Origin: an uncultured Desulfobacteraceae bacterium
GTDB lineage: Bacteria > Desulfobacterota > Desulfobacteria > Desulfobacterales > UBA2156
Direction of reading: 5' to 3'
NCBI GenBank assembly: GCA_964596535.1
Contig: CAZQUR010000001.1
Coordinates: forward strand, 26,574 to 90,573
DNA: 64,000 nucleotides
The notes below the pieces were generated by a model, which worked only from the letters and a program-made list of their open reading frames with translations, was not told the DNA's origin and did not search any database. A program made the position numbers and the translations under genes. Each line of letters opens with the position of its first letter. The first letter of the stretch is position 1. Shown here piece by piece: positions 1 through 10,211 of this stretch.

Positions 1-433
1 GGATCGCTTTTTCCAGGGATCCCGCGTTGATGCCGATGCGGATGGGGATTCCCCGCTCCCGGGCGCAATCCACCACCGTCTTGACCCTTTTTTTGCCCCC
101 GATATTCCCCGGATTGATCCGCAGCCCGTCGGCCCCGGCTTCGGCGGCCGCCAGGGCCAGCCGGAAATCGAAATGGATGTCCGCAATCAAGGGGATGGTG
201 GTTTTTTTTTTGATGATGCGAAGGGCGGTGGCCGCCGCCATGTCGGGGACAGCGAGGCGGACGATTTCGCATCCCGCCTTTTCGAGGCGTCGGATCTGGG
301 ATACCGTGGCACGGATGTCATGGGTGGGGGTGTTGGTCATGGATTGCACCGAAATCGGTGCATCTCCCCCGATTTTGACATTCCCCACCGTGATCTGTCG
401 AGTCGGTTTCCGGGAAGCTTGAAAGGCTTTCAA
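1..433 (-). CDS. ispG: 4-hydroxy-3-methylbut-2-enyl diphosphate synthase (IspG/GcpE), N-terminal part; gene runs off the window edge
   Basis: Minus-strand translation reads (M)[120 protein letters not shown], typical of the IspG N-terminus. The TTG start at 433 is preceded by an in-frame TAA. It is absent from the ORF track because no stop lies in the window. Confidence 0.9.
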   Translation of the reverse strand, partial: MKAFQASRKPTRQITVGNVKIGGDAPISVQSMTNTPTHDIRATVSQIRRLEKAGCEIVRLAVPDMAAATALRIIKKKTTIPLIADIHFDFRLALAAAEAGADGLRINPGNIGGKKRVKTVVDCARERGIPIRIGINAGSLEKAI

Positions 434-683
434 TCTGGCTTACGCTTTCTCTTCAACGTCGGCGCTGAGGCCGAAAGGATCCGTTTCTTTTAATTTATAA
501 TGGAATTCAGTCTGAAATACAACCAATTCCTCCAAAGGGTTTCGATTTCATCACGCATGATAAACCCATAAAAAATCTGTTGCGCGTTCAACATCCTTGA
601 AGCCGAAGCACAATTCTGATAAAGCCCGAACAGGTGGGCCTCTTGCCCCACACGCGCATAACAGCCTGAAACAGGAGGAGAAT

Positions 684-1121
684 ATGGCCACGCAAGAAAA
701 AAAGGGTTTTGCCGCCAAGCACCCTGAAAACACGATGCCGGACGCATCCATCAAAGCCGGGATCGAAAAACGACTCAAGGGAAAAGATCAACTCCCGTGT
801 GCCGTGGCCTTTGCCGTGGCAAAGGAGACGGCGCAAACCCCCAAAGAAGTGGGACAAACGGCGGATCTCATGGGAATCCGATTGTCGAAATGCCAGCTGG
901 GGCTGTTCGGGTATTCACCCGAAAAGAAAATTGTTCAACCGGCGGAAAGCATCGAACCTTCCCTGAACGAGGCGATTACCCGGGCGCTGACCAAGGGGAG
1001 ACTTTCCTGTGAATCGGCCTGGCGGATCGCCGATGCCCTCGAGGTTTCGAAAATGGCGGTCAGCGCCGCCTGCGAAGCCATGAACATCAAGATCACCGCA
1101 TGCCAACTTGGGGCGTTTTAA
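684..1121 (+). CDS. hypothetical 145-aa protein built from two tandem ~42-aa repeats, each with C...CQLG[LA]F
   Basis: ATG at 684 follows AGGAGG (672-679); ORF-track start 597 is probably an extension. Repeat 1 is LPCAVAFAVAKETAQTPKEVGQTADLMGIRLSKCQLGLF. Repeat 2 is LSCESAWRIADALEVSKMAVSAACEAMNIKITACQLGAF. I do not recognise a family. Confidence 0.6.
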   Translation: MATQEKKGFAAKHPENTMPDASIKAGIEKRLKGKDQLPCAVAFAVAKETAQTPKEVGQTADLMGIRLSKCQLGLFGYSPEKKIVQPAESIEPSLNEAITRALTKGRLSCESAWRIADALEVSKMAVSAACEAMNIKITACQLGAF

Positions 1122-1159
1122 AGTCCCGGCAAAACAACCGCTCCCCGGGCGTCTCCGGG

Positions 1160-2545
1160 ATGCGGAAAAGCCGGACGGAAAAGGGGTTCCCCTTTCTTTT
1201 GGGGCTGCTTTTTTTTCTTTTTTCGTGCACCCCCCAGAGTCCCGGCACCGACTTGCAGCGGATTCTTCAAAAGGGCGAAATTAGGGTGATCACCCGGAAC
1301 AACGCCCACTGTTATTATTTTTACCGGGACCAACCCATGGGTTTCGAATACGAACTGTCCCGGGCCTTTGCCGATTTTTTAGGTGTGAAATTGAAGGTGG
1401 AAGTGGCCCATCGGTGGGAACAGATGATCCCGGACCTTTTAAAAGGCCGGGGAGATCTCATTGCGGCTAGTCTGACCGTTACGCCCTCCCGGAAACGCAA
1501 GGTGGCCTTTTCCGAACCCTATATGGAAATCCGCCAGCGCCTCATTGTCCATCACACCAATCGATCGATTCAACTGGAATACGACCTTTCGGGGCAAACG
1601 GTGGTTGTCCGGAAAGGGACTTCCTACCAGGAACGGCTGGAAGCCCTTCGCGCAAAGGGAATCAACGTGGATATTCGTCTTATCGAAGATATTCCCACCG
1701 AAGAATTGATCCGCCGGGTGGCGGAAGGCGCCATTCCGGTCACCATCGCGGACAGCCACATCGCCAAGTTGAACCGGCGGTATTATCCGAAGGCCGTTAT
1801 TTCCGGACCCATCAGCCACAAAGAATATCTGGGCTGGGCGGTCCATCCGGATGCCCATGACCTGCTGGAACGGATCAACGCTTTTTTCGCCGTCGTTTTC
1901 AAAAACGGACGCTTTGAACAAATTTACAATCGATATTATGCGGACGTGGATGCCTTCGATTACATGGATCTGAAAGATTTCCATCGCCGCATGAAAACCC
2001 ATCTCCCGCAGTATCAGGAAACCATTGAAGCGGCGGCACAAACGCATGGGTTGGATTGGCGGTTGATCGCTGCCCAGGTGTACCAGGAGTCGCGCTTTGA
2101 GCCGGAAGCCCGCAGCCCCCAGGATGCCCATGGACTGATGCAGCTGATTCCGGCGTCCGCAAAGCGTTACGGGGTCGAGAACCTCTTGAATCCCGAAGAG
2201 AATATCCGTGCCGGAGTGAAGCTGTTAAAGGATCTTTATCAACGATACCCGGATGCGGATGCTCCGGACCGGATTCGAATGGCCCTTGCGGCCTACAACG
2301 CCGGCGCCGGGCACATCCAAGACGGCAGATATCTGGCCAAGCGGATGGGCCTCAACCCCGACCGCTGGAGCGCATTGGTGCGGACACTCCCCCTGTTGAG
2401 CTACCAGAAATACTACCGGGATGCCCGTTACGGCTACTGCCGTGGCAGTGAAACCGTTCAGTACGTGCAGCGGGTCATGATTTATTATGACATTTTAAAA
2501 CGCACCGCCCTGGAATATGAAGTGGCGCCATCCACCGGCCTTTGA
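1160..2545 (+). CDS. mltF: membrane-bound lytic murein transglycosylase F-like lipoprotein (PBP3 solute-binding domain + SLT domain)
   Basis: MRKSRTEKGFPFLLGLLFFLFSC is a lipoprotein-like signal. The N-terminal half resembles a periplasmic amino-acid-binding fold. The C-terminal half carries the SLT catalytic motif AQVYQESRFEPEARSPQDAHGLMQLIP..AYNAG. The start was moved from 1100 to the ATG at 1160. Confidence 0.8.
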   Translation: MRKSRTEKGFPFLLGLLFFLFSCTPQSPGTDLQRILQKGEIRVITRNNAHCYYFYRDQPMGFEYELSRAFADFLGVKLKVEVAHRWEQMIPDLLKGRGDLIAASLTVTPSRKRKVAFSEPYMEIRQRLIVHHTNRSIQLEYDLSGQTVVVRKGTSYQERLEALRAKGINVDIRLIEDIPTEELIRRVAEGAIPVTIADSHIAKLNRRYYPKAVISGPISHKEYLGWAVHPDAHDLLERINAFFAVVFKNGRFEQIYNRYYADVDAFDYMDLKDFHRRMKTHLPQYQETIEAAAQTHGLDWRLIAAQVYQESRFEPEARSPQDAHGLMQLIPASAKRYGVENLLNPEENIRAGVKLLKDLYQRYPDADAPDRIRMALAAYNAGAGHIQDGRYLAKRMGLNPDRWSALVRTLPLLSYQKYYRDARYGYCRGSETVQYVQRVMIYYDILKRTALEYEVAPSTGL

Positions 2546-2562
2546 CCGGAACGCTTCCCGCA

Positions 2563-2587
2563 AGCCCCGCTTTTTAAGGCGGGGGCT
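2563..2587. terminator. GC-rich hairpin between convergent mltF and MBL hydrolase genes
   Basis: AGCCCCGC (2563-2570) pairs with GCGGGGGCT (2579-2587) with one bulged G; the loop is TTTTTAAG. There is no clean U-tail on either strand, so the terminator role is tentative. Confidence 0.35.
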
Positions 2588-2631
2588 CCACAGAGACTGC
2601 GGGCAAAAAGGTGTTTACCGCTACGAGAAGA

Positions 2632-3279
2632 CTATCGGAGAGCGGCGAAGGGATTCGTTCGCTTTTCGACACCGATGGTGGTTTCCGGTCCGTGCCCGCA
2701 CATGACCCGGACGGAATCCGGGAGTTGAAACAGCTTGGTTTGAATGGCGGAGATGAGGGTGCCGTAATCCCCCCCGGGAAAGTCGGTACGGCCGATGGAC
2801 CCGGCAAAGAGGGTGTCGCCCACGAAAACCACGCCGTCGGTGTAAAGGGAAATTCCGCCCGGGGTGTGGCCGGGGGTATGGAGGACCTTGAGGTTTACCT
2901 CTCCGAAGGTGATGATATCTCCTTCATTAAGGGTCCGATCCGGGGCCGGGGAATCATCGGCGGAAAGGCCCCAGCGGGATGCGCTGGCGGCGAGTTGCCC
3001 CAGCATCGGGACATCCAGGGGATGGATCAGGATTTCGGCGCCGGTGGCGCCTTTGAGCCTTTTATTGCCCCCCACGTGATCGAAATGACCGTGGGTATTG
3101 ATGATGTACTTCAATGTCAGGCTGGATCGGGCCAAGGCGAGCAATATTTTATCGGTTTCGTCCCCCGGATCGATGACCGACGCCTCCTTGGTCTCTTGGC
3201 ACCCCACGATGAAACAATTGGCCATGATGGGGCCCACAGTCAGCTTGTTTAGGATCAGAGAATCTTGTCTATGCTTCAT
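2632..3279 (-). CDS. MBL-fold metallo-hydrolase (glyoxalase II-like)
   Basis: 215 aa with the HTHGHFDHVGG metal-binding motif, and later HTPGHTPG and a C-terminal GH. Confidence 0.85.
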   Translation of the reverse strand: MKHRQDSLILNKLTVGPIMANCFIVGCQETKEASVIDPGDETDKILLALARSSLTLKYIINTHGHFDHVGGNKRLKGATGAEILIHPLDVPMLGQLAASASRWGLSADDSPAPDRTLNEGDIITFGEVNLKVLHTPGHTPGGISLYTDGVVFVGDTLFAGSIGRTDFPGGDYGTLISAIQTKLFQLPDSVRVMCGHGPETTIGVEKRTNPFAALR

Positions 3280-3694
3280 ATGCCTCCTCTTTTTCCAGTT
3301 TTAAGTGGATGGAGTCCAGAATCCCGTTGATGAACGCACCGGATTCTTGATTCCCGTATTTCTTCCCCACGTCGATGGCTTCATTGATGGCCACCTTCGG
3401 CGGGATATCTCCCCGGTATAACAGTTCATAGACCGCGACCCGCATGGCGTTGCGGTCCACGCCGGACATACGGCTGAGTTTCCAGTGGTCCGAGGCGTTT
3501 TTGATCAATGCATCGATTTCCGGCAAGGCCCTCATGACGCCGTGAACCAGATCCTGAAAAAAGGCGCATGCATGTTCCGGCGGCGGGAAATGCTTCAGGT
3601 ACAGTTTCAAGGCGTCTTCGTTCACGCATTGGGCCAGATCCATGAAAAACAGGGCCTGCATGGCGAGTTCCCTGGATCGGCGGCGGCTCCCCAT
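3269..3694 (-). CDS. nusB: transcription antitermination factor NusB
   Basis: 141 aa with RRRSRELAMQALFFMD at the N-terminus and AINEAIDVGKKYG. It sits directly downstream of ribH, as in many bacteria. Confidence 0.9.
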   Translation of the reverse strand: MGSRRRSRELAMQALFFMDLAQCVNEDALKLYLKHFPPPEHACAFFQDLVHGVMRALPEIDALIKNASDHWKLSRMSGVDRNAMRVAVYELLYRGDIPPKVAINEAIDVGKKYGNQESGAFINGILDSIHLKLEKEEAYEA

Positions 3695-3697
3695 GAA

Positions 3698-4171
3698 TTA
3701 TTTCCGGTCCAGGGCCTCCATCAGGTCGGCCATTTCCACGGCGGTGACGGCGGCATGCCATCCCTTGTTCCCCGCCTTGGTCCCGGCCCGTTCGATGGCC
3801 TGTTCGAGTGTGTCCGTGGTGACGACGCCGAAGATGACCGGCACCCGGGACTCCAGGCCCACCTGGGCGATCCCTTTCGAAACTTCGGCGCTGACGTAAT
3901 CGAAGTGCGGCGTGGCCCCGCGAATGACTGCTCCCAGACAGACGACCGCATGGTGTTTTTGGCTTTCGGCCAATGTTTTTGCCGCCAGCGGAATTTCAAA
4001 GGATCCGGGTACTTTGACGATTTCAAGATCCTCTTCGCGGGCGCCGCAGCGAAGCAGGGCGTCGAGGGCTCCGGACAACAGCTTCTCCGTGATGAAGTCG
4101 TTGAATCGGCTCACCACCAGGGCGAAGCGTTTTCCCTTTGCGTTCAGTTTCCCTTCTAGAATTTTCGGCAT
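3698..4171 (-). CDS. ribH: 6,7-dimethyl-8-ribityllumazine synthase
   Basis: [63 protein letters not shown]. The start was set to the third in-frame ATG (4171), matching the family N-terminus. Confidence 0.9.
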   Translation of the reverse strand: MPKILEGKLNAKGKRFALVVSRFNDFITEKLLSGALDALLRCGAREEDLEIVKVPGSFEIPLAAKTLAESQKHHAVVCLGAVIRGATPHFDYVSAEVSKGIAQVGLESRVPVIFGVVTTDTLEQAIERAGTKAGNKGWHAAVTAVEMADLMEALDRK

Positions 4172-4232
4172 GTGCGATCCCTTCATTTGGCGTTTTTCGT
4201 CCAAACGGATTCCCCTTGACGCCGGTTTTGAT

Positions 4233-5447
4233 TCATGGGTTGGCGTCGATATTGAGCAGGTGCCCCATTTTAAGCTCTTTGCACTTCAGATAGCACCGAT
4301 TGTATTCATTGGGCTCCACTGCGATGGGGACCTGTTCCACGATGCTCAGGCCGTACCCTTCCAGCCCCACGATCTTCTTGGGATTGTTGGTCATGATCCG
4401 CATCTTCCGGACCCCGAGATTGGCCAGGATCTGGGCGCCGATTCCGTAGTTCCTCAGGTCCGGTTTGAACCCCAGGGCCTGATTGGCCTCCACCGTATCC
4501 ATCCCCTGGTCCTGGAGGGCGTAGGCTTTCAGCTTGTTGACCAGTCCGATGCCGCGGCCTTCCTGACGGATGTATAACAAAACACCCTTTCCTTCCTGTT
4601 CCATCATCCGCATGGCCTGCCGGAGCTGTTCGCCGCAGTCACAACGCAGGGATCCGAAGATATCTCCGGTGAGGCATTCGGAATGGACCCGGACCAGGGT
4701 GGGCTCCGCCGGATCAATCTCTCCTTTGATCATGGCGATGTGTAACAGATCGTCGATACGGTTTTCAAAGACGACGGCCTTGAAGGTACCGGCGAAGGCC
4801 GTGGGGATGACGGTTTCCGTGGCCCGGGAGACAAAGGATTCGGTCCGCATCCGGTACTCGATGAGGTCGGCGATGGTGCAGACCCCGATGCCGTGGCGCT
4901 CGCTGAATTCCTGGAGGGCCGGCATCCGGGCCATGGTGCCGTCTTCATCCATGATTTCGCAGATCACGCCGGCGGGTTTGAGTCCGGCCAGCCGGGCGAG
5001 ATCCACGGAGCCTTCCGTCTGTCCTGCCCGGACCATGACCCCGCCGTTTCTTGCCCGTAACGGAAAGATATGTCCCGGCCGGACCAGGTCCCGGGGCTTG
5101 GCCTCATCGGCGATGGCCGTGAGGATGGTGGTGGCGCGGTCAAAGGCGGAGATGCCCGTGGTCACCCCGCATCGGGCTTCGATGGAAACCGTGAATCCGG
5201 TCTGGAACCGCGAGGTGTTGTTGTTGACCATGGGGGGCAGATCCAGGGTGTCGATTTTTTCCGCCGTCATGGAAAGACAAATCAGACCCCGGGCGTATTT
5301 GGCCATGAAATTGATGGCCTCCGGCGTCACCTTTTCGGCGGCCATGGTGAGATCCCCTTCGTTCTCCCGGTCTTCGTCGTCCACCAGGATCACCATCTTC
5401 CCTTGTCGAATCTCTTCGATGGCCTTTTCAATGGAAATTTTGGGCAT
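4233..5447 (-). CDS. ribBA: bifunctional 3,4-dihydroxy-2-butanone-4-phosphate synthase / GTP cyclohydrolase II
   Basis: 404 aa. The N-terminal half has [11 protein letters not shown] (DHBP synthase). The C-terminal half has [21 protein letters not shown] and [11 protein letters not shown] (GCH II). Confidence 0.92.
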   Translation of the reverse strand: MPKISIEKAIEEIRQGKMVILVDDEDRENEGDLTMAAEKVTPEAINFMAKYARGLICLSMTAEKIDTLDLPPMVNNNTSRFQTGFTVSIEARCGVTTGISAFDRATTILTAIADEAKPRDLVRPGHIFPLRARNGGVMVRAGQTEGSVDLARLAGLKPAGVICEIMDEDGTMARMPALQEFSERHGIGVCTIADLIEYRMRTESFVSRATETVIPTAFAGTFKAVVFENRIDDLLHIAMIKGEIDPAEPTLVRVHSECLTGDIFGSLRCDCGEQLRQAMRMMEQEGKGVLLYIRQEGRGIGLVNKLKAYALQDQGMDTVEANQALGFKPDLRNYGIGAQILANLGVRKMRIMTNNPKKIVGLEGYGLSIVEQVPIAVEPNEYNRCYLKCKELKMGHLLNIDANP

Positions 5448-5542
5448 TGGATCCTTTTGCTCCTTGTTTTTTGATTTCTCAGGATGCCATTGTTGTTGTC
5501 CACGTGTGATGCGGACAAAACAATCTTTTTTACGGTTTCAAA

Positions 5543-6208
5543 CTATAAAAAGCCGGTTTTTTCCAAAAACGCCGGGCCCAAAGACCCTCCTTTGGGCGGG
5601 GTTTCTTCCGGGATCCGTTTCCGCCGGGCCAGGAAATGGGCCACATATTTTCCGATCATATCCGCTTCCAGGTTGACCGGATCGTTGGTTTTTTTGACGC
5701 CCACGGTGGTAACGGCCGCCGTATGGGGGATGATGCTGACTTCAAATGCGTCCCCTTGACATTCGTTGACCGTAAGGCTCACCCCGTCCACCGCCACCGA
5801 ACCTTTCGGTATCATGTATTCCATGACGGGCTCCGGGGCCTGAATCACCACCCGAAACGCGTTTCCCGCTAATGTTTTTTCCCGGATCCGCCCGATCCCG
5901 TCGATGTGGCCGGAGACCAGGTGCCCGCCGATCCGGTCGGAAAACCGCATGGCCCGCTCCATATTGACCCGATCTCCGATGCGGGCGTTTCCGAGAGTCG
6001 TTTTATGGAGGGTTTCCGGCGACACATCCGCGGAGAACCGGCTTCCGGAAAGCATCACCGCCGTGAGGCAGACCCCGTTGACGGCGATGCTGTCCCCGAT
6101 CCGGGTGTCCGCCAGGGGAAATTCCGCGGCAAAGGTAAACCGGCGCCCCTGTTGGGCGGCCGAAATCGCCGCGATGGTTCCCCGGCCCTCAATGATTCCC
6201 GTAAACAT
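5543..6208 (-). CDS. ribE: riboflavin synthase alpha chain
   Basis: [36 protein letters not shown] shows the duplicated lumazine-binding repeats. Confidence 0.9.
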   Translation of the reverse strand: MFTGIIEGRGTIAAISAAQQGRRFTFAAEFPLADTRIGDSIAVNGVCLTAVMLSGSRFSADVSPETLHKTTLGNARIGDRVNMERAMRFSDRIGGHLVSGHIDGIGRIREKTLAGNAFRVVIQAPEPVMEYMIPKGSVAVDGVSLTVNECQGDAFEVSIIPHTAAVTTVGVKKTNDPVNLEADMIGKYVAHFLARRKRIPEETPPKGGSLGPAFLEKTGFL

Positions 6209-6214
6209 GCCTCT

Positions 6215-7357
6215 TCATCTGTCTTGACGCCGTGCCGCCCGTGATTCGGGCTTGAGATACCCTTCGATCATCACATCGTCTCCGAATCGTCGATATCGGA
6301 TTCGATACACCCGGAGGCTTTCTTCCATCCGATCCGGTCCGCTTCCCCGGCAAACCGGGTATCCGTCGTCTCCGGCCAGGATTTTGGGCGCGAAAAAGAA
6401 GGCGATTTTGTCCACGATGCCGGAGGAAAAGGCGGTCCCCAGTGTGCGGCTCCCGCCTTCGATGAGCAGGTGAGTGATATCCAGCGCGCCCAGGCGATCC
6501 ATGAGCCGATACAAATCGATCCGGCCGTCTTTAAGGGGCGCCGTGATGATCTTGACCCCCGGCTTTTCGATCCGGCGCTTTTTGGCCATCACCTCGGGGG
6601 CGTTTTCGTACCCTTCACCGATCACAAGGAGTGTATCAGAGTCGGTGTCGTGCCGCAACACCTTTGCCTGTTCCGGGATTGAAAGCCGGGTGTCCAGGAT
6701 CACCCGGATGGGATGACAGCCCTTCTTTCGGGGAATCCGGGTGGTCAACCGGGGATCATCCCGTTTAATGGTGCCCACACCCACCATGATGGCGTCCGCG
6801 GCATGCCGCATCCGGTGGACATGCCGCCTGGAGGACGCTCCGGTAACCCACCGGGCATCCCCGGTGCGGGTGGCGATCCGGCCGTCCAGGGTGGCGGCGC
6901 ATTTGGCAATGACAAAGGGCCGGCGGGTGGACACGAACGTGATATAGGCTTCGTTCAGGATCCCGGCCTCGTCTTCCAAAAGGCCCAGAGCGGTTTCCAC
7001 ACCCTTTTTCTTGAGAAAGTCCATCCCCCCGCCGGTGACGTCCGGGTTGGGGTCCGCCATGGCCGCCAGCACGCGCCGGATTCCGGCATCGAGAATGGCC
7101 CGGGTACACGGGGGGGTCCGGCCGAAATGGTTGCACGGTTCCAGGGTGACAAAGAGGGTTGCCCCGCGGGCGCGGGGACCCGCATCCCGGAGGGCCTCCA
7201 TCTCTGCATGGGGGGCGCCCGCCTCCCGGTGAAACCCTTTTCCTTCTATTTTTCCGTTTTTCACAACGACGGCGCCCACCATGGGATTGGGGGAGGTCGC
7301 TCCTGTGCCCTTCCGGGCCAGGGCAAGCGCCATTTTCATGAAACGTCGATCATCCAT
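6215..7357 (-). CDS. ribD: bifunctional diaminohydroxyphosphoribosylaminopyrimidine deaminase / 5-amino-6-(5-phosphoribosylamino)uracil reductase
   Basis: 380 aa with the deaminase zinc motif HAEMEAL..LEPCNHFGRTPPC and a C-terminal reductase domain. Confidence 0.9.
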   Translation of the reverse strand: MDDRRFMKMALALARKGTGATSPNPMVGAVVVKNGKIEGKGFHREAGAPHAEMEALRDAGPRARGATLFVTLEPCNHFGRTPPCTRAILDAGIRRVLAAMADPNPDVTGGGMDFLKKKGVETALGLLEDEAGILNEAYITFVSTRRPFVIAKCAATLDGRIATRTGDARWVTGASSRRHVHRMRHAADAIMVGVGTIKRDDPRLTTRIPRKKGCHPIRVILDTRLSIPEQAKVLRHDTDSDTLLVIGEGYENAPEVMAKKRRIEKPGVKIITAPLKDGRIDLYRLMDRLGALDITHLLIEGGSRTLGTAFSSGIVDKIAFFFAPKILAGDDGYPVCRGSGPDRMEESLRVYRIRYRRFGDDVMIEGYLKPESRAARRQDR

Positions 7358-7382
7358 GGCGGTTGTAACGATTGCAGCGCGG

Positions 7383-7838
7383 CTATTGTTTGTTCAAGAG
7401 AATTTTGAGCTCATCGAAGAAGTCGTTGACATCTTTGAATTCCCGGTACACGGAGGCGAACCGGACATAGGCCACGTCGTCGAGATCATGGAGCTTGGCC
7501 ATCACCTTTTCACCGACGATATGGGACGGGATTTCCTTTTCTCCGATTTCCCGCAGGTCCCGTTCCAGATCGTCCGCAAAGGATTCGATGACGTGCACGC
7601 TGATGTTGCGCTTCTCGCAGGCCCGCTTCATCCCTGCCAGGACTTTTTCCCGGGAAAAGACCTCCCGCCGCCCGTCTTTCTTGATAATGGTCAGCGGGAT
7701 TTCCTCCACGTGTTCGTAAGTGGTGAACCGCCTGCCGCATCCCGTGCATTCCCGCCGCCGCCGGATCACTTCCCCGTCCTTGCCGAGCCTGGAATCGATG
7801 ACCTTGTTGTCGAGTTCCGAGCAGAATGGACACTTCAT
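7383..7838 (-). CDS. nrdR: transcriptional repressor NrdR
   Basis: [33 protein letters not shown] is the zinc ribbon, followed by an ATP-cone. Confidence 0.92.
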   Translation of the reverse strand: MKCPFCSELDNKVIDSRLGKDGEVIRRRRECTGCGRRFTTYEHVEEIPLTIIKKDGRREVFSREKVLAGMKRACEKRNISVHVIESFADDLERDLREIGEKEIPSHIVGEKVMAKLHDLDDVAYVRFASVYREFKDVNDFFDELKILLNKQ

Positions 7839-8314
7839 ATCGGATTTCCCTGTTTAAGGTTTTCCAAGTGAACCACGACAATCCCCGCCTCCTCGAACAT
7901 CTGTGTGGACATATGGTCCGCATAACCGGATCGGTAGTATATTTTCCGGATACCGGCGTTGATGAGCATCTTGGTGCAGATGGCACAGGGCAGATTCGTG
8001 CAATACAGGTCCGCATCTTTGATGGAGACTCCGTGAAGGGCGGCCTGGATGATGGCGTTTTGCTCCGCGTGAATCCCCCGGCACAGTTCATGCCGCTCTC
8101 CCGAAGCCAACCCCATCTGTTCCCGGAGGCAGCCCGTCTCCCGGCAGTGTCGGATCCCCGACGGCGCACCGTTATAGCCGGTGCTCAAAATGCGTTTGTC
8201 TTTGACGATGACAGCCCCCACGGATCGCCTCAGACACGTGGAGCGCCTCGCCACCAGGGAGGCGATATCCATGAAATAGATTTCCCAGGGAGGTCGATCG
8301 TCCACGGCGTTCAT
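7835..8314 (-). CDS. deoxycytidylate (dCMP) deaminase, ComEB-type
   Basis: 159 aa with HAEQNAI and [13 protein letters not shown], the CMP/dCMP deaminase zinc motifs. Confidence 0.85.
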   Translation of the reverse strand: MNAVDDRPPWEIYFMDIASLVARRSTCLRRSVGAVIVKDKRILSTGYNGAPSGIRHCRETGCLREQMGLASGERHELCRGIHAEQNAIIQAALHGVSIKDADLYCTNLPCAICTKMLINAGIRKIYYRSGYADHMSTQMFEEAGIVVVHLENLKQGNPI

Positions 8315-9574
8315 TCAATTCGGCGCTTCAGGGTATAAATCCGGATACAAGGGAAATGCCCGGCAAAGATCCAGGGCTGCCTTTCGCACGTCTTTCAGGG
8401 TGTTTTCGCTTGAGGGATCTTTCAGGGCCCGGACCATGAGACGCGCGATGCAGGTCATTTCGGAAAGCCCCATCCCCCGGGAGGTGAGCGCCGGCGTGCC
8501 GATGCGGAGCCCGCTGGTGACCGCCGGACCCAAGGGATCAAAGGGGACGGCGTTTTTATTGGTGGTGATCCCCGCCCGCTCCAGGGTTTCCTGGGCGGTT
8601 TTTCCGGTGATGTTCAGATTTCTCAGGTCAAGCAGGAGCATGTGGTTGTCCGTCCCTCCGGAGACCAAACCCACCCCTTCCCCCATCAGGCCTGCCGCCA
8701 GAGCCTTGGCGTTGTCGACGACCTGTTTCTGGTAAGTGTTGAATCCGGTTTCCATGGCCTCCTTGAACGCCACCGCCTTGGCGGCGATGACGTGCATGAG
8801 GGGTCCGCCCTGGATTCCGGGGAAAATCTCCTTGTCGAGTTTTTTTTGATACTCCGGCCGGGCGAGAATCAACCCCCCTCTGGGTCCCCGGAGGGTCTTG
8901 TGGGTGGTGGAGGTGACGGCGTCGGCAACGGGGACGGGGGAGGGGTGTATCCCGGCGGCCACCAGCCCTGCAATGTGTGCCATGTCCACCATCAACAGGG
9001 CGTCCACCGATCGGGCGATGGTGGAAAAGGCGTCAAAGTCGATGATGCGGGGGTAGGCACTGGCGCCGGCGACGATCATTTTCGGCCGCACGCGCCGGGC
9101 GATTTTTTCCACGTCGTCGTAATCGATTCGGCCCGTGGAGGGATCCACGCCGTAGTGGGAAAACCGGAAGAGACGGCCGGAAAAACTGGCCGGGCTCCCA
9201 TGCGTCAGGTGTCCCCCGTGGGCCAGGCGCATACCTAAAACGGCATCCCCGGGTTGAAGGAGCCCGAAATAGACGGCCATGTTGGCCTGGGAACCCGAAT
9301 GGGGCTGCACGTTGGCATACTCCGCGTGAAACAGGGCTTTTGCGCGGTCGATGGCCAGGCGTTCGACCACATCCATGTGCATACATCCGCCGTAATAGCG
9401 TCTTTCAGGGTACCCTTCGGCGTATTTGTTCGTCAGACAGCTCCCTTGCGTTTCCATGACCGCCCGACTCGCGATGTTTTCGGATGCAATGAGTTCAAGG
9501 GTATTCTGCTGGCGGGCCTGCTCGGCCCGTACGGCCGATGCGATTTCGAAATCAATTTGTTGGATCCAGTCCAC
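8315..9574 (-). CDS. glyA: serine hydroxymethyltransferase
   Basis: 419 aa with [28 protein letters not shown] and [14 protein letters not shown] (PLP lysine). Confidence 0.95.
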   Translation of the reverse strand: MDWIQQIDFEIASAVRAEQARQQNTLELIASENIASRAVMETQGSCLTNKYAEGYPERRYYGGCMHMDVVERLAIDRAKALFHAEYANVQPHSGSQANMAVYFGLLQPGDAVLGMRLAHGGHLTHGSPASFSGRLFRFSHYGVDPSTGRIDYDDVEKIARRVRPKMIVAGASAYPRIIDFDAFSTIARSVDALLMVDMAHIAGLVAAGIHPSPVPVADAVTSTTHKTLRGPRGGLILARPEYQKKLDKEIFPGIQGGPLMHVIAAKAVAFKEAMETGFNTYQKQVVDNAKALAAGLMGEGVGLVSGGTDNHMLLLDLRNLNITGKTAQETLERAGITTNKNAVPFDPLGPAVTSGLRIGTPALTSRGMGLSEMTCIARLMVRALKDPSSENTLKDVRKAALDLCRAFPLYPDLYPEAPN

Positions 9575-9628
9575 TGTCGGTCTTTACTCCTTACCGATCT
9601 TCTTGGGGCGATGGGCCGGCTGTCGGAG

Positions 9629-10111
9629 TCAACAGGACGCCTCCGGCGTTTCGGGTTCAATGGATCCGGCGGCTTCGATTTTCTGTACCCGGGTTTCGTG
9701 CCGACCCCCTTCAAAGGGGGTGTCGAGCCATACCCGGACGATTTCCATGGCCAGCCCTTCTCCGATCACCCGGGCACCCAGGGCCAGAATATTGGCGTTG
9801 TTATGCCGCCGGCTCATGGCCGCGGAATAGGTTTCCGAACACAGGGCCGCCCGGACACCGGGGAACCGGTTGGCTACCATGGACATGCCGATGCCGGTGC
9901 CGCAAATGAGGATGCCCCGGGCCACTTTTCCCGAAGCCACCATTTTCGCGACTCTGGTGCCGAAATCGGGATAATCCACGGAAGCCGTCCCGCCGGTCCC
10001 CACATCCACCACGTCGAGCCCCGTTTGTCGCAAAAACTTTTTAATGGTTTCTTTGAGCCCAAAGGCGGCGTGGTCGCAGCCGATGGCGATCGAACCGGTC
10101 GCATTGTTCAT
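9629..10111 (-). CDS. rpiB: ribose-5-phosphate isomerase B
   Basis: 160 aa with IAIGCDHAAFGLKE..ILICGTGIGMSMVANR..NNANILALGARV. Confidence 0.9.
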   Translation of the reverse strand: MNNATGSIAIGCDHAAFGLKETIKKFLRQTGLDVVDVGTGGTASVDYPDFGTRVAKMVASGKVARGILICGTGIGMSMVANRFPGVRAALCSETYSAAMSRRHNNANILALGARVIGEGLAMEIVRVWLDTPFEGGRHETRVQKIEAAGSIEPETPEASC

Positions 10112-10211
10112 ATCCAGATCCTTTCTACTGATCCTACGGGAAAACCCGGAATTTCCTTTATATCCCGCCCCTTGAGTCGGGGCAAGGAAAAAAGGGGGAC
10201 CCCCTAATGCC

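Noticed and set aside
5448-5542. Possible FMN riboswitch or attenuator within or before the rib operon, including the 25-nt nrdR-ribD gap at 7358-7382.
   Set aside because: The gaps are too short (95 and 25 nt) for the ~140-nt FMN element, and I see none of its conserved core. Only a simple TTGTCC-N11-GGACAA hairpin is present. The rib genes appear to be read through from nrdR.
10112-10211. GCCCC-N7-GGGGC hairpin between fabF and rpiB as a terminator.
   Set aside because: On the coding (minus) strand the T-run precedes rather than follows the stem, so it does not fit an intrinsic terminator. fabF and rpiB are probably co-transcribed.
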